This document shows, piece after piece, positions 63,033 through 64,000 of a DNA stretch of 64,000 bases (the stretch's first letter is position 1; each line of letters starts with the position of its first letter). The position numbers and the translations under genes were made by a program. A model generated the notes under the pieces. It was not told the origin of the DNA, made no database searches, and was given only the letters and a program-made list of their open reading frames with translations. The stretch is from Candidatus Moanibacter sp. (GTDB taxonomy: Bacteria; Verrucomicrobiota; Verrucomicrobiia; Opitutales; UBA2987): assembly GCA_965215885.1 (NCBI GenBank), contig CBDCEW010000105.1, forward strand, positions 32,001 through 96,000, in the 5' to 3' direction.

Positions 63033-63735
63033 GAAAAAAGGAGGATCGTGCTGCAAAATCACAAAGCGAAGTCCGACAGATTCCTGGCGCTTGACAGGTC
63101 CGCTCGGCTGGGCAGCATTTCAATCGCGAAATCGCTCCTCCAGGCTCTCTTAAGTGAGTTCTTATGTGAACACTACTGAAAGCGATTTCTGGTCAGCTCG
63201 CCACCTCTCTGCAGGAATAGTAAAGAAACCACGGATCACGGATTGCACGGATAGAGATTGGTATTCAATAAACTGCTGTCGACAAGGTTCGCGACGAGAT
63301 TACACAACGGAAGTAGGAGTTTACTTCTGCATTCGCGTCCATCTGCGTGCATCTGCGGTTCTCTTCTTCTTTTTTGGTTGCGGCTATGCTGCGCTAGGTC
63401 ATCCGTGGTTCTCTCTCTTAGCGATCCTCGATTTTTTATCGTATTCAAATCCAATACCTTATGTGTATCCATGGAGAAAAACTTGCCAAAAAAACAAGAT
63501 TCTGACGGATTGTAATACAAAGCTTTCGGTTTGATTTTTTTGCGCTCTTTGCGTTCTTTTGTGGCCAAACACAGGCTACGCCGAAGACCGATCAATTTTC
63601 CGAATTAGAGCGCGAGGGTTCGCAGAATCCACGGCAGATCGAATGTTGCGGGCGAAAGAAAAACTAACAACCTTAGAACAAATCGCGGTAGCCAACTCGG
63701 ACTAGTGCCGCCGCGAGTAACCGGTAACGTTAGCT

Positions 63736-64000
63736 ATGCCTCTCGTACAAGACATCCTCGTGCTCTTCCAGACTTCACCCGGACTCGATTCGGCGGCGAT
63801 TGGCTGGTCCAGATACGAGGCATCCAAAGGCACCGGAATCAGCGACCTGGTCGACGAGGTGGAACCCCCTTATCGAAATGCCATGGAGGCCATGCGCGAC
63901 GGATGGCAGGTCATCCAGATGTCCGAACTTACCCCGCGCTCACCCGACGATGCTTACGAAGACGGGCCCCTACCCTACCAGACGGTGTTGGCCAAATACC
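63736..64000 (+). CDS. Small hypothetical protein (member 3), runs off the window
   Basis: MPLVQDILVLFQTSPGLDSAAIGWSRYE...GPLPYQTVLAKY; near-identical to 41867. Confidence 0.8.
   Translation, partial: MPLVQDILVLFQTSPGLDSAAIGWSRYEASKGTGISDLVDEVEPPYRNAMEAMRDGWQVIQMSELTPRSPDDAYEDGPLPYQTVLAKY

Noticed and set aside
63662..63735. Possible attC (AACTAAC...GTTAGCT) before the small gene at 63736
   Set aside because: R boxes and a central stem exist but the L boxes do not pair convincingly; left uncalled.

Overview
Bacterial accessory region of roughly 55-60% GC by eye. It is possibly from a PVC-group (Verrucomicrobiota-like) heterotroph; this is inferred from gene and repeat style only. Catabolic genes dominate: 7 PhyH-type Fe/2OG dioxygenases, 4 sulfatases plus a remnant, 2 enolase-superfamily enzymes, and SDR, MDR and Gfo oxidoreductases. 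Mobile and repetitive DNA is dense: 4 copies of one 1917-bp IS with 6-bp target duplications, two IS4-family elements, a DUF4338-ISAs1 element, nested REP/MITE palindromes, a heptamer SSR and a ~101-bp hairpin tandem array. Four things the ORF track misses stand out. (1) Two in-frame TGA codons sit at cysteine-type positions: a CxxU AhpD-like selenoprotein with a SECIS-like hairpin, and a full-length mandelate-racemase-family enzyme that may be a new selenoprotein. (2) Three scattered integron-cassette loci have attC sites but no integrase, and two of them lie behind the same 78-bp promoter-bearing leader. (3) A small unknown protein is repeatedly translationally coupled to one PhyH subfamily. 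(4) The 13-unit palindromic array is non-coding. Many small frameshifts suggest residual long-read errors, so pseudogene calls are provisional.
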